NCBI GenBank assembly: GCA_021835025.1
Contig: JAKBQY010000057.1
Span: 61,358 to 125,357, forward strand
Reading direction: 5' to 3'
Source of the DNA: Thermoplasmata archaeon
Lineage (GTDB): Archaea > Thermoplasmatota > Thermoplasmata > Thermoplasmatales > Thermoplasmataceae
DNA: 64,000 nt
Made by a program: the position numbers and the translations under genes. Positions 1 through 11,257 of this stretch are shown one piece after another (the first letter of the stretch is position 1; each line of letters begins with the position of its first letter). A model generated the notes under the pieces. The model saw only the letters and a list, made by a program, of their open reading frames with translations, was not told the origin of the DNA and searched no databases.

Positions 1-694
<694 letters not shown>

Positions 695-1050
695 AATGAG
701 AATAAATAAGAGCTTTATTATAAAATACACATTTTATAATTTTTGTAATTTTAAAAGGCCAAAAAAGAAAGCAATTAACTATAAACCTTTGCATAAATGC
801 CACTTCATGGGATATTGAAAAATTTAGTGTATTGAATGGGGATGAAAATCGATTGAGCAAATATTTCGTATCGACCAGTTTGAAAGATTATAAATGATTT
901 GCCCGTCAGATTAAATCAGATCAATTCAAGATGGAAGTTTTGATTTTATAACTTTATTTATCACTAAAATGTATCTTCATATTTTTATAGCGTTTCTTTT
1001 ATTAAGCAAGAAATTTATAAAAAAATAAATGGATATTTTTCGTCTTCAGT

Positions 1051-2007
1051 CTAATTATATGGTATAACTCTTCCAAATCCCATAATGTTTATAGTCACAT
1101 CCATTATAACCAACATAACTATAACTACCAACACATAGTAATCCAGGTGATCTATTGAATTTTCCTCAACGTAACTTCTTTTTTTTGTGGCTTTAAAACC
1201 TCTTGTGTCAACAGATATGCCTGTATCTTTACCTCCACGCATAATATGGATTATTGTTGGAACTAATCCCTGTAATGCTGCTACGAAATAAAAGATCGGT
1301 TTTAGGAATTTTGAGTGTTTTGACCCAAGTCCCCTCATCATTTGTATCTTAATAGACTCATCAAGATATTGCAGAACAAAGGAAACGGTTCTCATGGCAA
1401 CCATTAGTGAAAGTATAATTGAATCAGGTACACGGAATTTATGCAATGTTCTCAAAATCTGCGTTGGTGTATTTGTCATCACAAGTATTAGTGCGGATGC
1501 CATTATGGCAGTTGACCTGAATGATATCTGGAATGAGTATTCCAATGCCTGAAGGGTAAGGGTATGTTGATAGCCCAAAACAGCAAAGTATGAAGGCCAT
1601 GTCCATATAACGTCTGGAACAAAATGTGGGAATACCGTATTGAGCGTGGAAAATGTTACAAAAGGTGCATACCCCCATATAGAGCCAACCAGAGTGGAGA
1701 TAATGAATAAAGAGCCTATATAGAGTTTCCTCTTTCCATTTTCAAGTGTAATATAAAGACTCAGAACTGCGGCAGTAAGAATGGCCCCTATCCACCATAT
1801 TGATGTGGTTACCACCATCATTATTGTAATGGTCATAATTATTTTTATTACTGGATTTGTTCTGTATAGAAAAGTATTATATTTTGAATACACTGTAATT
1901 TCCCTGAAACCCTTTATTCCTATTGCCCTAAATATAATGAATAAAGGAGCTCCAACACCGAATATCAACACCAACCAGCTAATTATGGTATCAAATAAAT
2001 CATACAT
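1051..2007 (-). CDS. ecfT: ECF transporter transmembrane T component
   Basis: Multi-TM protein with conserved Arg motifs (QMMRG, VDTRGF); downstream of ECF ATPase. Confidence 0.85.
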   Translation of the reverse strand: MYDLFDTIISWLVLIFGVGAPLFIIFRAIGIKGFREITVYSKYNTFLYRTNPVIKIIMTITIMMVVTTSIWWIGAILTAAVLSLYITLENGKRKLYIGSLFIISTLVGSIWGYAPFVTFSTLNTVFPHFVPDVIWTWPSYFAVLGYQHTLTLQALEYSFQISFRSTAIMASALILVMTNTPTQILRTLHKFRVPDSIILSLMVAMRTVSFVLQYLDESIKIQMMRGLGSKHSKFLKPIFYFVAALQGLVPTIIHIMRGGKDTGISVDTRGFKATKKRSYVEENSIDHLDYYVLVVIVMLVIMDVTINIMGFGRVIPYN

Positions 2008-3598
2008 TTAAAATACCTCTTCTCATTGTAAATTCTACAGGTGGTCGTAATCCGTAAACTTCGCTTTTCTCAAAAATTTCCTCGGGTGTTCCGTCCGCAA
2101 CTGCATTTCCGCCATCCATTACAATTATTCTATCAGCATATTTGAATACAAATCTCATATCATGTGAAATCAGTATAATTGTGAAACCAGCCCTCTTAAG
2201 GATGCCAATTTCTTCACCAAGATTCTTTTTATGGTAATAATCCTGTCCCGATGTGGGTTCATCCAGCATTATTATTCTGGGACCTCCGGCAATTGTTGCT
2301 GCCATTGCAACTCTTCTTCTTTGTCCCTGGCTGAGCATCAAGGGGTCTCTATTCATATATTCGTTAAGGGTAAAAAGCTCGGCAATTCTGTTGATTTCCG
2401 AAACCATGTCGTTTGTTCCACGTACCTTATTGGAATAATGCAACTCTTGTTTAACCGTTCTATTTATTAGCATAAGATCAAAACTTTGAGGGAGGTATCC
2501 AACAATTCTTCCCCTGTTTGCGATATTATTCTCCTTAATAGTTTGATCTGGTGTTTCCAATGTAATATTGGAAATTGCCGTATGTACATCGTCCATCCAT
2601 CCAACCATCCCTTTGAACATTGTACTTTTGCCTGACCCATTCTTTCCCACTATTGCAGTAATTGTTCCAGACTTGAACTCCAAAGAAAAACTAAGATTGA
2701 ACCCAGAAACATATTTTACGCTTCCAGAGGCACGGAGGGAAAAATCATTCCCCTTATCCCTCACCAATGTTTTTAGGTCAACGTTTTTTTCATGAATTGA
2801 TTGCATTACACCATCTATATCAAAGCTTTCCAAACCCAATTTTTTGGCAAGCAATATATTCTCGGGTATTTCTATTCCAAGTTTTTCCAGCATTTCAACA
2901 TCATTCAAAATATTCTCCTTTTTATCATCAATTAAAATTCTCCCCTTATCAAAAACAACAACTCTGTCGATAAAGGGCAACACTCTCTCTACCTTGTGTT
3001 CCACTATTAATAGCGTCCTTTTTCTCACTTCTTTTCTGAGAAATTCAAAGATCTGATTGGTGCCCTCTGAGTCTATATTGGATGTTGGTTCATCGAGTAT
3101 CAGAATTTTTGGGTCCATTGTTAGCACAGATGCCAATGCAACCCTCTGCAATTCCCCTCCAGATAATTTTATTGTTTCCTTGTCCCTGAGATGGTCAATA
3201 CCAACAGCTGAAATGGCAGCATCTATCCTTTTAATCATGTCTTCCCTTGGTATATTGAAATTTTCAGGTGCAAATGCCACTTCTTCGTTTACTGTATAAT
3301 TTATCACCTGTTTTTCCGGGTCCTGAAGCAGGGTTCCAACAACAGTCGAAATTTCTGGAACCTGCATTTCTCTTGTATTTTTTCCATATATTTTTACATC
3401 GCCTTCAAAAGTGCCATCGATAATATGTGGTATTATGCCATTAATGCACTGAATAAATGTTGACTTGCCTGATCCCGAAAGTCCTGTAACAAGCACGCTT
3501 TCCCCTTCCTTTATGGAAAATTCTGGAATAAATAGTGATTCCTCATCACTTCCCAGATATGTAAATTTTACATTCTTGAGTTCGATGACTTCTGTCAC
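2000..3598 (-). CDS. ECF transporter fused A-A' ATPase (two ABC domains)
   Basis: Two Walker A motifs (GLSGSGKS, GKNGSGKS), signatures LSGGE and LSQGQ, two DEPTS. Probable start is GTG at 3598, overlapping the upstream stop (GTGA); the track start at 3700 is an in-frame extension. Confidence 0.9.
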   Translation of the reverse strand: MTEVIELKNVKFTYLGSDEESLFIPEFSIKEGESVLVTGLSGSGKSTFIQCINGIIPHIIDGTFEGDVKIYGKNTREMQVPEISTVVGTLLQDPEKQVINYTVNEEVAFAPENFNIPREDMIKRIDAAISAVGIDHLRDKETIKLSGGELQRVALASVLTMDPKILILDEPTSNIDSEGTNQIFEFLRKEVRKRTLLIVEHKVERVLPFIDRVVVFDKGRILIDDKKENILNDVEMLEKLGIEIPENILLAKKLGLESFDIDGVMQSIHEKNVDLKTLVRDKGNDFSLRASGSVKYVSGFNLSFSLEFKSGTITAIVGKNGSGKSTMFKGMVGWMDDVHTAISNITLETPDQTIKENNIANRGRIVGYLPQSFDLMLINRTVKQELHYSNKVRGTNDMVSEINRIAELFTLNEYMNRDPLMLSQGQRRRVAMAATIAGGPRIIMLDEPTSGQDYYHKKNLGEEIGILKRAGFTIILISHDMRFVFKYADRIIVMDGGNAVADGTPEEIFEKSEVYGLRPPVEFTMRRGILNV

Positions 3599-4383
3599 CC
3601 TATCACCCTGGAAACTCTGGCAGCCATAAATGACCCTATAATGCCAAATAAAACAAAGGATGGAATGGAAGCATACATGCTGAATATAATCGCCTGCCAA
3701 TCAACTATTCCACCATAAAGCAATGGTGCGAAAAATCCCGTGAAGAAAAGAGGTCCTGCAATGGCCCATGGTATTCCCATTACTATTCCGGCTATAACGG
3801 GCATTGTTTTTGTCATGTTGATCTTTGAGGAAACAAAAGATGAAGTTGAATTTTTGCTTGCCACGCCATTTTCATCAGAAGCTTTTATATTTTTTCTGGA
3901 ACCAACACCAAATGGCATTCCTCTTGTAATACCAATCCATATATCTATGATAATTCCAAAACATAACATTTTGTAGATTAAATAAAGTGGTTCGCCTCCA
4001 AAGCCATATGAATAAACATCCGCCATTATATCATAAACGGCCCATCCTAACATTCCAATTCCCATTTTTCTAACTAATCCAGCAAGGATTAGCAATATCA
4101 TAAATTCACCAACGCCTCCAAAGCCAATAAATGAGGCTGCACCTGCTGGAACGAATTTGTCAAGGAACGGCCCAACAAAGAAGTTCCAAACTATCATAAA
4201 AGCTGCGCTAATACCTGTATATACATAATCAACCGTCTTGAATCTTGAAAGAGTGCTGTTTTTTCTGCTTATATAAATTGCAAATATTAATGCCAGTGCA
4301 AAGTACACAGTAACATATTGCCAAGGAATAATTCCCGGTTGACTTAACGATCCATCTATTCCATTAAATCCCATTTCTATCAA
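3595..4383 (-). CDS. ECF transporter substrate-binding S component (substrate unknown)
   Basis: Hydrophobic multi-TM protein, first gene of an S-AA'-T operon. Start may be the ATG at 4374. Confidence 0.65.
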   Translation of the reverse strand: MIEMGFNGIDGSLSQPGIIPWQYVTVYFALALIFAIYISRKNSTLSRFKTVDYVYTGISAAFMIVWNFFVGPFLDKFVPAGAASFIGFGGVGEFMILLILAGLVRKMGIGMLGWAVYDIMADVYSYGFGGEPLYLIYKMLCFGIIIDIWIGITRGMPFGVGSRKNIKASDENGVASKNSTSSFVSSKINMTKTMPVIAGIVMGIPWAIAGPLFFTGFFAPLLYGGIVDWQAIIFSMYASIPSFVLFGIIGSFMAARVSRVIG

Positions 4384-4761
4384 TTTTTAATAAATATATT
4401 GATATTAAACTTAATCCATATATTATATATATTGTAATATAAGTGATATATAGATATTTAGAAATGTTTTATTATAAACTTTTATTTTTTTCAATCGTAT
4501 ATTTTAACACTAAAAATTTATGAAAATTTAAACATGAACGAATATTCATATATTCATTGTTTCTGAAATCTGTATAGTATACTGCTGATATTGCCCGACA
4601 GCCCTTAAAGTTATTTTTAACAAAATATATTTATCTATCAAAAAAACAACAATAGTATGTGAATTTGCCGGAAATCCTGATGTAATGTGATAAATTTTAA
4701 ATTTATATGTTTTCAGGAAAAGATTAATAAAGCAATATATTTTATTGGAACGTGGTAATGT

Positions 4762-5940
4762 ATGGGTAAAATAGAATTTAAGGAGGATAAATGGATAGTT
4801 CCAGACAATCCAGTGATATTATATACAGATGGGGACGGTATTGGCCCGGAAATCATGGAAGCAACAAGAAGAGTAATTAACGCAGCAATTTCAAAAGCAT
4901 ATAAAAATAAAAAAATAAATTGGAAAGAGATTCTCGTTGGTGACAAAGCACTTGAACAAAAAGGGGATCGCTTTCCAGAGGAATCAATAAATGATATAAT
5001 GAATTATAGAATTCTTTTAAAATCACCACTTGGAACACCTATTGGAACAGGATTCAAATCTATTAATGTCAGGATCAGGCAGATGTTGGACCTTTATTCA
5101 AATATAAGGCCTGTTAAATTTATGGATGGCCTTGAGAGCCCACTTGCGCATCCAGAACTTGTAAATTTAACCATATTCAGGGAAAATACGGATGATTTAT
5201 ATCTTGGCTATGAATGGAAATATGATTCAAAGGAAGCTGATGAAATTAAAAAATTTTTTAAGGATAAATTCGACCTTGATCTGGGGAAGGATACAGGAAT
5301 TGGGCTTAAACCCATGAATAAACTCAAAACACAGAGAATTACAAGAGCTGCTGTGAAATTTGCAATTAAAGAGAATAAAACCAAGATCACAATAATGCAC
5401 AAGGGAAATGTAATGAAATATACAGAAGGTGCATTCAGAGAATGGGCTTATGAAACAGCAATGAATGAGTTTAAAGATTATGTCGCACAGGATGGTTCAA
5501 AAAAGATACTTGTGAATGACATGATAGCTGACAATATGTTTCAACAGATTATTACAAGGCCAGGTGAGTACCAGGTTATTCTGGCTCCAAATGTCGATGG
5601 AGATTATATATCCGATGCTGCAGGCGCCCTTATAGGAAATATAGGAACCCTTGGCGGCGCAAATGTTGGAGATAGAGGTGCAATGTTCGAAGCCATTCAC
5701 GGTACGGCACCAAAATATGCTGGCAAAAACTTTGCAGATCCACTTGGCTTATTGAGGGGTGCACAATTAATGCTGAAATATATGAACTGGAAGGAAGCAG
5801 ATGATCTGATAGAAAATGCCGTTGCAAAGGCAGTAAAGGATAAAACAGTTACTGCAGATATAGCAAAATTTTTCAATGTAAATCCATTAGGTACCTCAGA
5901 ATATGCGGACAAACTGGTTGAAAATATAAAATCCTTTTAA
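4762..5940 (+). CDS. icd: Isocitrate dehydrogenase (NADP-type)
   Basis: GDGIGPEI, FRENTDD, HKGNVMK, NVDGDYISDA and EAIHGTAPKYAG motifs. Confidence 0.96.
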   Translation: MGKIEFKEDKWIVPDNPVILYTDGDGIGPEIMEATRRVINAAISKAYKNKKINWKEILVGDKALEQKGDRFPEESINDIMNYRILLKSPLGTPIGTGFKSINVRIRQMLDLYSNIRPVKFMDGLESPLAHPELVNLTIFRENTDDLYLGYEWKYDSKEADEIKKFFKDKFDLDLGKDTGIGLKPMNKLKTQRITRAAVKFAIKENKTKITIMHKGNVMKYTEGAFREWAYETAMNEFKDYVAQDGSKKILVNDMIADNMFQQIITRPGEYQVILAPNVDGDYISDAAGALIGNIGTLGGANVGDRGAMFEAIHGTAPKYAGKNFADPLGLLRGAQLMLKYMNWKEADDLIENAVAKAVKDKTVTADIAKFFNVNPLGTSEYADKLVENIKSF

Positions 5941-5952
5941 TTTTTTAAATAT

Positions 5953-6795
5953 TTATTTAAACGTTTTTTGTATATAATTCATTATATCATCATCCAATAT
6001 TATATCTGAATATTTTATATTCTGAAGAACATGTTCTTTATTGGATGCCCTTGGAATGGGGAAAACATTTGTGCTTTTGCTGTAAAGATAGGACAATGAG
6101 ATATTAGCATTAGGTACATCGCCGATCTTGTTTCTTATATAATTAAAATAACCATTCAGTTTATCATTGCCTAAAGTTTTTCCATGTGCTATAGGGAAAT
6201 ATGCCATTAAAGCTATATTATTTTTTTTGCAGAATTCAAGTATTTCATTTTCCACATTCCTATGAAGAATATTATAGTTCAATTGTACGGAGGTTAGTTT
6301 ATGTTTATTCAGATGGTCAACAGTATAATTCAGAAGTTTTAAATTAAAATTGCTTACGCCAATATTTCTAATTTTACCCTGATCGACAAGCTCTTCCATT
6401 TTTTTAAGTGTTTTTTTAAGATCAACTGCATAATTGGGAAAATGAATCTGGTATAAATCTATATAATCTGTATTTAAATTTTTTAAACTGTGATTCAATG
6501 CCTTTTCCAGTGATTTTGGCGATAAATGGGTGGGCATCACCTTTGTTGCAAGAAATAATTCATCTCTTTTATAATCCTTTACGGCCTCTGCTATTAATTT
6601 TTCTGTTTTATAAAATTCTGCGGTATCAATTAGGTTTATTCCATTCTCTATTCCATTTCTTATGGCATCTATTTTTACCCCCTTGCTCGAATATATGCCA
6701 ATATAAGTTTTGAAAATCCATCTCATATCATAATATGTGCCCATCCCTATTGTTGAACATTTAAAGCCAGAATTTCCAAAGTATCGGTAAATCAT
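5953..6795 (-). CDS. Aldo/keto reductase
   Basis: IDTAEFY, LFLATKV, YIDLYQIHFP, IGVSNF and PIPRAS AKR motifs. Confidence 0.92.
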   Translation of the reverse strand: MIYRYFGNSGFKCSTIGMGTYYDMRWIFKTYIGIYSSKGVKIDAIRNGIENGINLIDTAEFYKTEKLIAEAVKDYKRDELFLATKVMPTHLSPKSLEKALNHSLKNLNTDYIDLYQIHFPNYAVDLKKTLKKMEELVDQGKIRNIGVSNFNLKLLNYTVDHLNKHKLTSVQLNYNILHRNVENEILEFCKKNNIALMAYFPIAHGKTLGNDKLNGYFNYIRNKIGDVPNANISLSYLYSKSTNVFPIPRASNKEHVLQNIKYSDIILDDDIMNYIQKTFK

Positions 6796-6899
6796 AAGTT
6801 AATATATATATTATTACAATATATAAATTATTTATTTCTTTTAACTTATTGCCAAAAAAATAACATTATATATTTTTTATTAATTCAGCATAGATAATA

Positions 6900-8003
6900 A
6901 TGAATCTATATGAATATATGGGGAAGGAAATATTTAAAAAGTATGGTATACCCGTTCCAGATGGGTATAAAGTTGACAAAGTTGCAGATTTAAAGCAATA
7001 CGAATTTCCTGTTGCGGTTAAGTCCCAGATATTATCGGGCAAAAGGGGAAAAGCCGGAGGAATAAAATTTGCCAAAAGTGAAAATGAACTAAAGGAAGAA
7101 TCAGAAGAACTTTTAAATTCAAAAATTAATGGATTGCAGGTTGAGGCATTACTTATAGAGAGGATGCTGGATATTAAGAAAGAGCTTTACCTGAGTATAA
7201 CGCTGGACAGAGCATCAAAAGCACTTATTATAATCATGTCAACCGAGGGGGGAATGGATATTGAAAGTGTTCCGGAAAATAAAATACACAAAATTGTAAT
7301 AGACCCCTTAATTGGATATTCCGACTATATATCAAGAGAAGCTGCTGAGTTTCTTGAAATGGATGGTAGCCTTAAGAAACAGTTTTCTTCAATATTATCA
7401 AACCTTTACAATGCTTTTATGGGAGAAGATGCACTTTTAATGGAAATAAATCCATTGATAATAGACAAAACAGGTAATATCATTGCAGGCGATTCAAAGG
7501 TCACAATTGATGATAACGCCTTATTCAGGCATAAAAATCTTGTGATAAATGATCCGGAAAAGACCGAGCTTGAAAATGAGTCCGCTTCGAAAAGCTTTAC
7601 ATTTATCGAAATGGATGGACATATAGGAGTTATAGCAAATGGAGCGGGATTGACGATGGCAACGTTGGATGCCCTCACATTGCATAAATTGAAACCAAGA
7701 AACTTTCTGGATCTCGGCGGTACGGATAATATTGAAATAGTTGAGGAAGCTTTTTCCTTTGTTTTAAGGGTTAAACCTGAAATACTATTTGTTAATATAT
7801 TTGGTGGTGTCACAAAAGCTGATACAGTAGCCAATGGTATAGTATCGTCAAAGAAGAAATTCAATATAAAGCAACCTATTGTTGTGAGATTAAGTGGAAT
7901 ACATGAGGAAGAAGGGAGGAAAATACTTATGGACAATGGAATAAAGGCGTTTTCCGATATGAATAGTGCAATAAATGAATTGGCAAAAATGAAAGGGGTG
8001 TAA
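6900..8003 (+). CDS. sucC: Succinyl-CoA synthetase beta subunit
   Basis: MNLYEYMGKE, GKRGKAGGI, NGAGLTMATLD, NFLDLGG motifs. Confidence 0.95.
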   Translation: MNLYEYMGKEIFKKYGIPVPDGYKVDKVADLKQYEFPVAVKSQILSGKRGKAGGIKFAKSENELKEESEELLNSKINGLQVEALLIERMLDIKKELYLSITLDRASKALIIIMSTEGGMDIESVPENKIHKIVIDPLIGYSDYISREAAEFLEMDGSLKKQFSSILSNLYNAFMGEDALLMEINPLIIDKTGNIIAGDSKVTIDDNALFRHKNLVINDPEKTELENESASKSFTFIEMDGHIGVIANGAGLTMATLDALTLHKLKPRNFLDLGGTDNIEIVEEAFSFVLRVKPEILFVNIFGGVTKADTVANGIVSSKKKFNIKQPIVVRLSGIHEEEGRKILMDNGIKAFSDMNSAINELAKMKGV

Positions 8004-8006
8004 TAA

Positions 8007-8858
8007 ATGGTTGTAGTAAATAGCAATACAAGAGTTATAGTGCAAGGTATGACAGGTCATCAAGGTGCGTTTCATTCAGGTGAAATGATAAAATTCGGAA
8101 CCAAAGTTATTGCGGGAGTATCTCCGGGAAAATCGGGAACAAAGGTAAATGGCGTAGACATATATGAAACGGTTTACGATACATTAAACTTGCATCCTGA
8201 TGCTTCAATGATATCAGTTCCAGCTCCATTTATAAAAGATGCAGCAATGGAGGCCATTGATAATGGCATAAAACTCATATATATATTAACAGAACATGTT
8301 CCCGTCCAGGATACAATGGAAATAGCTGCAGAAGCCAAAAGAAAAAATGTTTTCATGATAGGACCAAACAGCCCTGGAATAACCGTTCCAAACGAATGCA
8401 AGATAGGTATTATGCCAAACCATATTTTCAGGAAGGGAGATATAGCCATAGCATCAAGAAGTGGTACATTAACATATGAAATAGTTAAGGCTGTTACAGA
8501 TGCAGGATTTGGAGAGAGCACAGTAATTGGTCTTGGTGGTGATCCAATAATAGGCACAACATTCTCCGATATTATCAAAATTTACAATGAGGACCCAGCA
8601 ACCAAGAAGATAATTCTTGTTGGTGAAATTGGTGGAAGCGAGGAAGAAAAAGCTGCAGCATATATAAAGGAACATGTTAAAAAACCAGTGGTAGGATACA
8701 TTACCGGAAGAAGCGCTCCCCCAGGAAAGAAAATGGGACATGCGGGGGCAATAATTGAAAAGGGAACAGGAACAGCAGAATCAAAGATAAATGCCTTTGA
8801 AAGTGCTGGCATAAAGGTTGCGGAATACCCAAATGACATACCGAAATTATTAAAATAA
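8007..8858 (+). CDS. sucD: Succinyl-CoA synthetase alpha subunit
   Basis: QGMTG, IGPNSPG, SRSGTLTYE and phospho-His motif KKMGHAGA. Confidence 0.96.
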   Translation: MVVVNSNTRVIVQGMTGHQGAFHSGEMIKFGTKVIAGVSPGKSGTKVNGVDIYETVYDTLNLHPDASMISVPAPFIKDAAMEAIDNGIKLIYILTEHVPVQDTMEIAAEAKRKNVFMIGPNSPGITVPNECKIGIMPNHIFRKGDIAIASRSGTLTYEIVKAVTDAGFGESTVIGLGGDPIIGTTFSDIIKIYNEDPATKKIILVGEIGGSEEEKAAAYIKEHVKKPVVGYITGRSAPPGKKMGHAGAIIEKGTGTAESKINAFESAGIKVAEYPNDIPKLLK

Positions 8859-8951
8859 ATATTTTATGGCATTCATTCACTAAAATTTTATTTTATTTTT
8901 TGAATTTATAATTCAGTATAATCTTTATATAGTATTTTTAAATGATTATAT

Positions 8952-9236
8952 ATGAATCCATCAGTGGAACTTAAAAAAATGGAAGATTATGTAATGGAAA
9001 ATTCGTCATTCAAACTTTATACAGACGGTGAAAAAGCGGAACTTCATTTTGTGCCAAATACACCTGAGGCCGAGGTTCATTTCCCAGACGGTATGCCAGT
9101 TGAACATATTATGTATGGGGATCTTGATGATGGAGTGATAATTTTCCATAAATTTGTTACGGTAAGTAATTATGGACAAACAGAAACAGAAATTTTAGAC
9201 GACGATCCGATAATGGAATGGCTAAAATATATATAA
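8952..9236 (+). CDS. Hypothetical acidic protein (94 aa)
   Basis: ATG ORF filling the gap between sucD and korA; no recognised motif. Confidence 0.65.
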   Translation: MNPSVELKKMEDYVMENSSFKLYTDGEKAELHFVPNTPEAEVHFPDGMPVEHIMYGDLDDGVIIFHKFVTVSNYGQTETEILDDDPIMEWLKYI

Positions 9237-9346
9237 AATTTTGAATTTCGTTATATAATTTTTATTTTTATCTATTTAAATATTGATATTTATAAGTTAA
9301 CACTTATAATCCGATAAAAAAGTATTTAAATAATTTATGCCTATAT

Positions 9347-11257
9347 GTGCCGATTAAAATGCAGGAAACTGACATAAATCTTCTTGTGGGTGGTCCACAA
9401 GGCGGAGGTATAGATAGTTCTGCCAATATGATTAATATGGCATTCTCTTTAGCAGGATATAATATTTTTGGGGTTCGTGAGTTCCATTCAAATATTAAGG
9501 GTCGACACAGTTATATCCACCTGAGGGTAAAACATGAACGCCCCGGTTCATTAAAATATCCAGTTGACATTATGGTTGCACTTGATCCGGATACATTATT
9601 TGAGCACATGCTTGACGTTTCCAAGGGGTCAAAAATAATTTATGATTCAGCCTTTGAAAAATTTGAATTAAAACAGGCTAGGATGATAACATTGGACACT
9701 ATGAGCAGAATAAGATATGAGCTTGAAAACAGAAAATTACCATTGAATATTAATGGTGTCCTTGAATATTTTAAATCGGTTGGAGTCATTCTTGTATCCT
9801 TGCCGTTTGATAAAATAATCAATAAGAATTTACCTGAAGGCCCGGCTACAAGATACTATAATACACTAGGTGCTGGTGCAACAATGGCCATTATAGGCCT
9901 TGATATAGAACATGCCAATGATGGAATAAAGTATGCTTTCAGGAAGAAACCTGCTGTTATTGAATCAAATTTAAAGGTTGTAAAGGGAGGATATGATTTT
10001 ATCAAGGAAATGGGCCTTGAGGCTGAAAATCTTGAGGTATATCCCGTTAAACCAAGAATGCTTTTGAATGGAAATGATTCCGTAGCAATAGGAAAATTAA
10101 TGGGTGGGTTGCGATTCCAGACATATTATCCAATCACACCCGCCAGTGATGAAAGCAATCTGCTTGAAAACCATGAAGAGATGAAATTTTTAAAGGGGGA
10201 AGCTGAAAAACTTAAAACAGCAGGCCTTGTTGTGGTTCAAACAGAGGATGAGATTTCAGCCATAAATATGGCAAATGGAGCCGCATTAACTGGAGTGAGA
10301 AGTTCTACAGCCACATCTGGACCTGGATTTTCACTGATGTCAGAGGGCATATCATACGCTGGAATGACAGAAATTCCAGTTGTGGTTACATTGTATATGC
10401 GCGGTGGACCGTCAACGGGTCTGCCAACAAGAAATGGACAGGCTGATCTTTTGTTCGCAATCAATACAGGGCATGGTGAATTTCCAAAAATGGTCATTTC
10501 TTCAGGGGATATGGAAGAATGCGTTTATGACGCAATGAAGTCCCTGAATTACGCACAGAAATATCAGATGCCAGTAATACATATAATAGACAAAACACTT
10601 GCAAATACAATGGATCTTGTACCAGAAATAGATTTAAAGAAAATTAAAATAGAAAAATATGAAGAAAACAAAAACCACGAGGATTACAAAAGATTCTCAC
10701 TGAATACTGACACAGGCATATCACCATATGGTGTATTTGGCAAGGATATATACTGGATTACCGGCGATGAGCATAATGAATATGGGCATATAACTGAAGA
10801 TGTCTCAATGAGAGATAAGATGATGGAGAAAAGAAGGAAAAAACTTGAAACTGCTGATAGGGAAATACCATTGAATGACAAGGTTGAACTGTATGGTGAG
10901 AAAAACGCCGATATCACATATATTACATGGGGAAGCCAGAAAACATTATTGCTTGATGCAATCAAGGAACTTAAAAAGAACGGCATAACTGCCAATCTTC
11001 TGTATATAAAGATGTTTGTTCCCTTTGCATCAGATTATGTTGAAAAGGTATTGAAGAATGCAAATACTGTGATAGATGTTGAAAGCAATATGAATGCCCA
11101 GGCTGCGCAGGTAATAAGAATGAATACAGGAATTAAAATAGAAAATTCCATATTAAAATATAATGGAAGACACATGACTTTAGATGAGATATTAAAGTCA
11201 ACAAAAAAGATAATGAAAGAAAAAACAGAAGTTGAGGTGCTTGAAAATGGTTCATAA
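9347..11257 (+). CDS. korA: 2-oxoacid:ferredoxin oxidoreductase alpha subunit (gamma-alpha fusion)
   Basis: GGPQGGG, YYPITPAS, EDEISA, TATSGPGFSLM and RGGPSTGLPT motifs. Confidence 0.94.
   Translation: MPIKMQETDINLLVGGPQGGGIDSSANMINMAFSLAGYNIFGVREFHSNIKGRHSYIHLRVKHERPGSLKYPVDIMVALDPDTLFEHMLDVSKGSKIIYDSAFEKFELKQARMITLDTMSRIRYELENRKLPLNINGVLEYFKSVGVILVSLPFDKIINKNLPEGPATRYYNTLGAGATMAIIGLDIEHANDGIKYAFRKKPAVIESNLKVVKGGYDFIKEMGLEAENLEVYPVKPRMLLNGNDSVAIGKLMGGLRFQTYYPITPASDESNLLENHEEMKFLKGEAEKLKTAGLVVVQTEDEISAINMANGAALTGVRSSTATSGPGFSLMSEGISYAGMTEIPVVVTLYMRGGPSTGLPTRNGQADLLFAINTGHGEFPKMVISSGDMEECVYDAMKSLNYAQKYQMPVIHIIDKTLANTMDLVPEIDLKKIKIEKYEENKNHEDYKRFSLNTDTGISPYGVFGKDIYWITGDEHNEYGHITEDVSMRDKMMEKRRKKLETADREIPLNDKVELYGEKNADITYITWGSQKTLLLDAIKELKKNGITANLLYIKMFVPFASDYVEKVLKNANTVIDVESNMNAQAAQVIRMNTGIKIENSILKYNGRHMTLDEILKSTKKIMKEKTEVEVLENGS

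Noticed and set aside
755-955. Plus-strand stretch reading RKQLTINLCINATSWDIEKFSVLNGDENRLSKYF, possibly an ATPase winged-helix remnant
   Set aside because: No start codon, short, interrupted; similarity too weak to call without a search.
4384-4761. Possible riboswitch or sRNA upstream of the ECF operon
   Set aside because: No TPP, cobalamin or fluoride consensus, or complete C/D box set, recognised on either strand.
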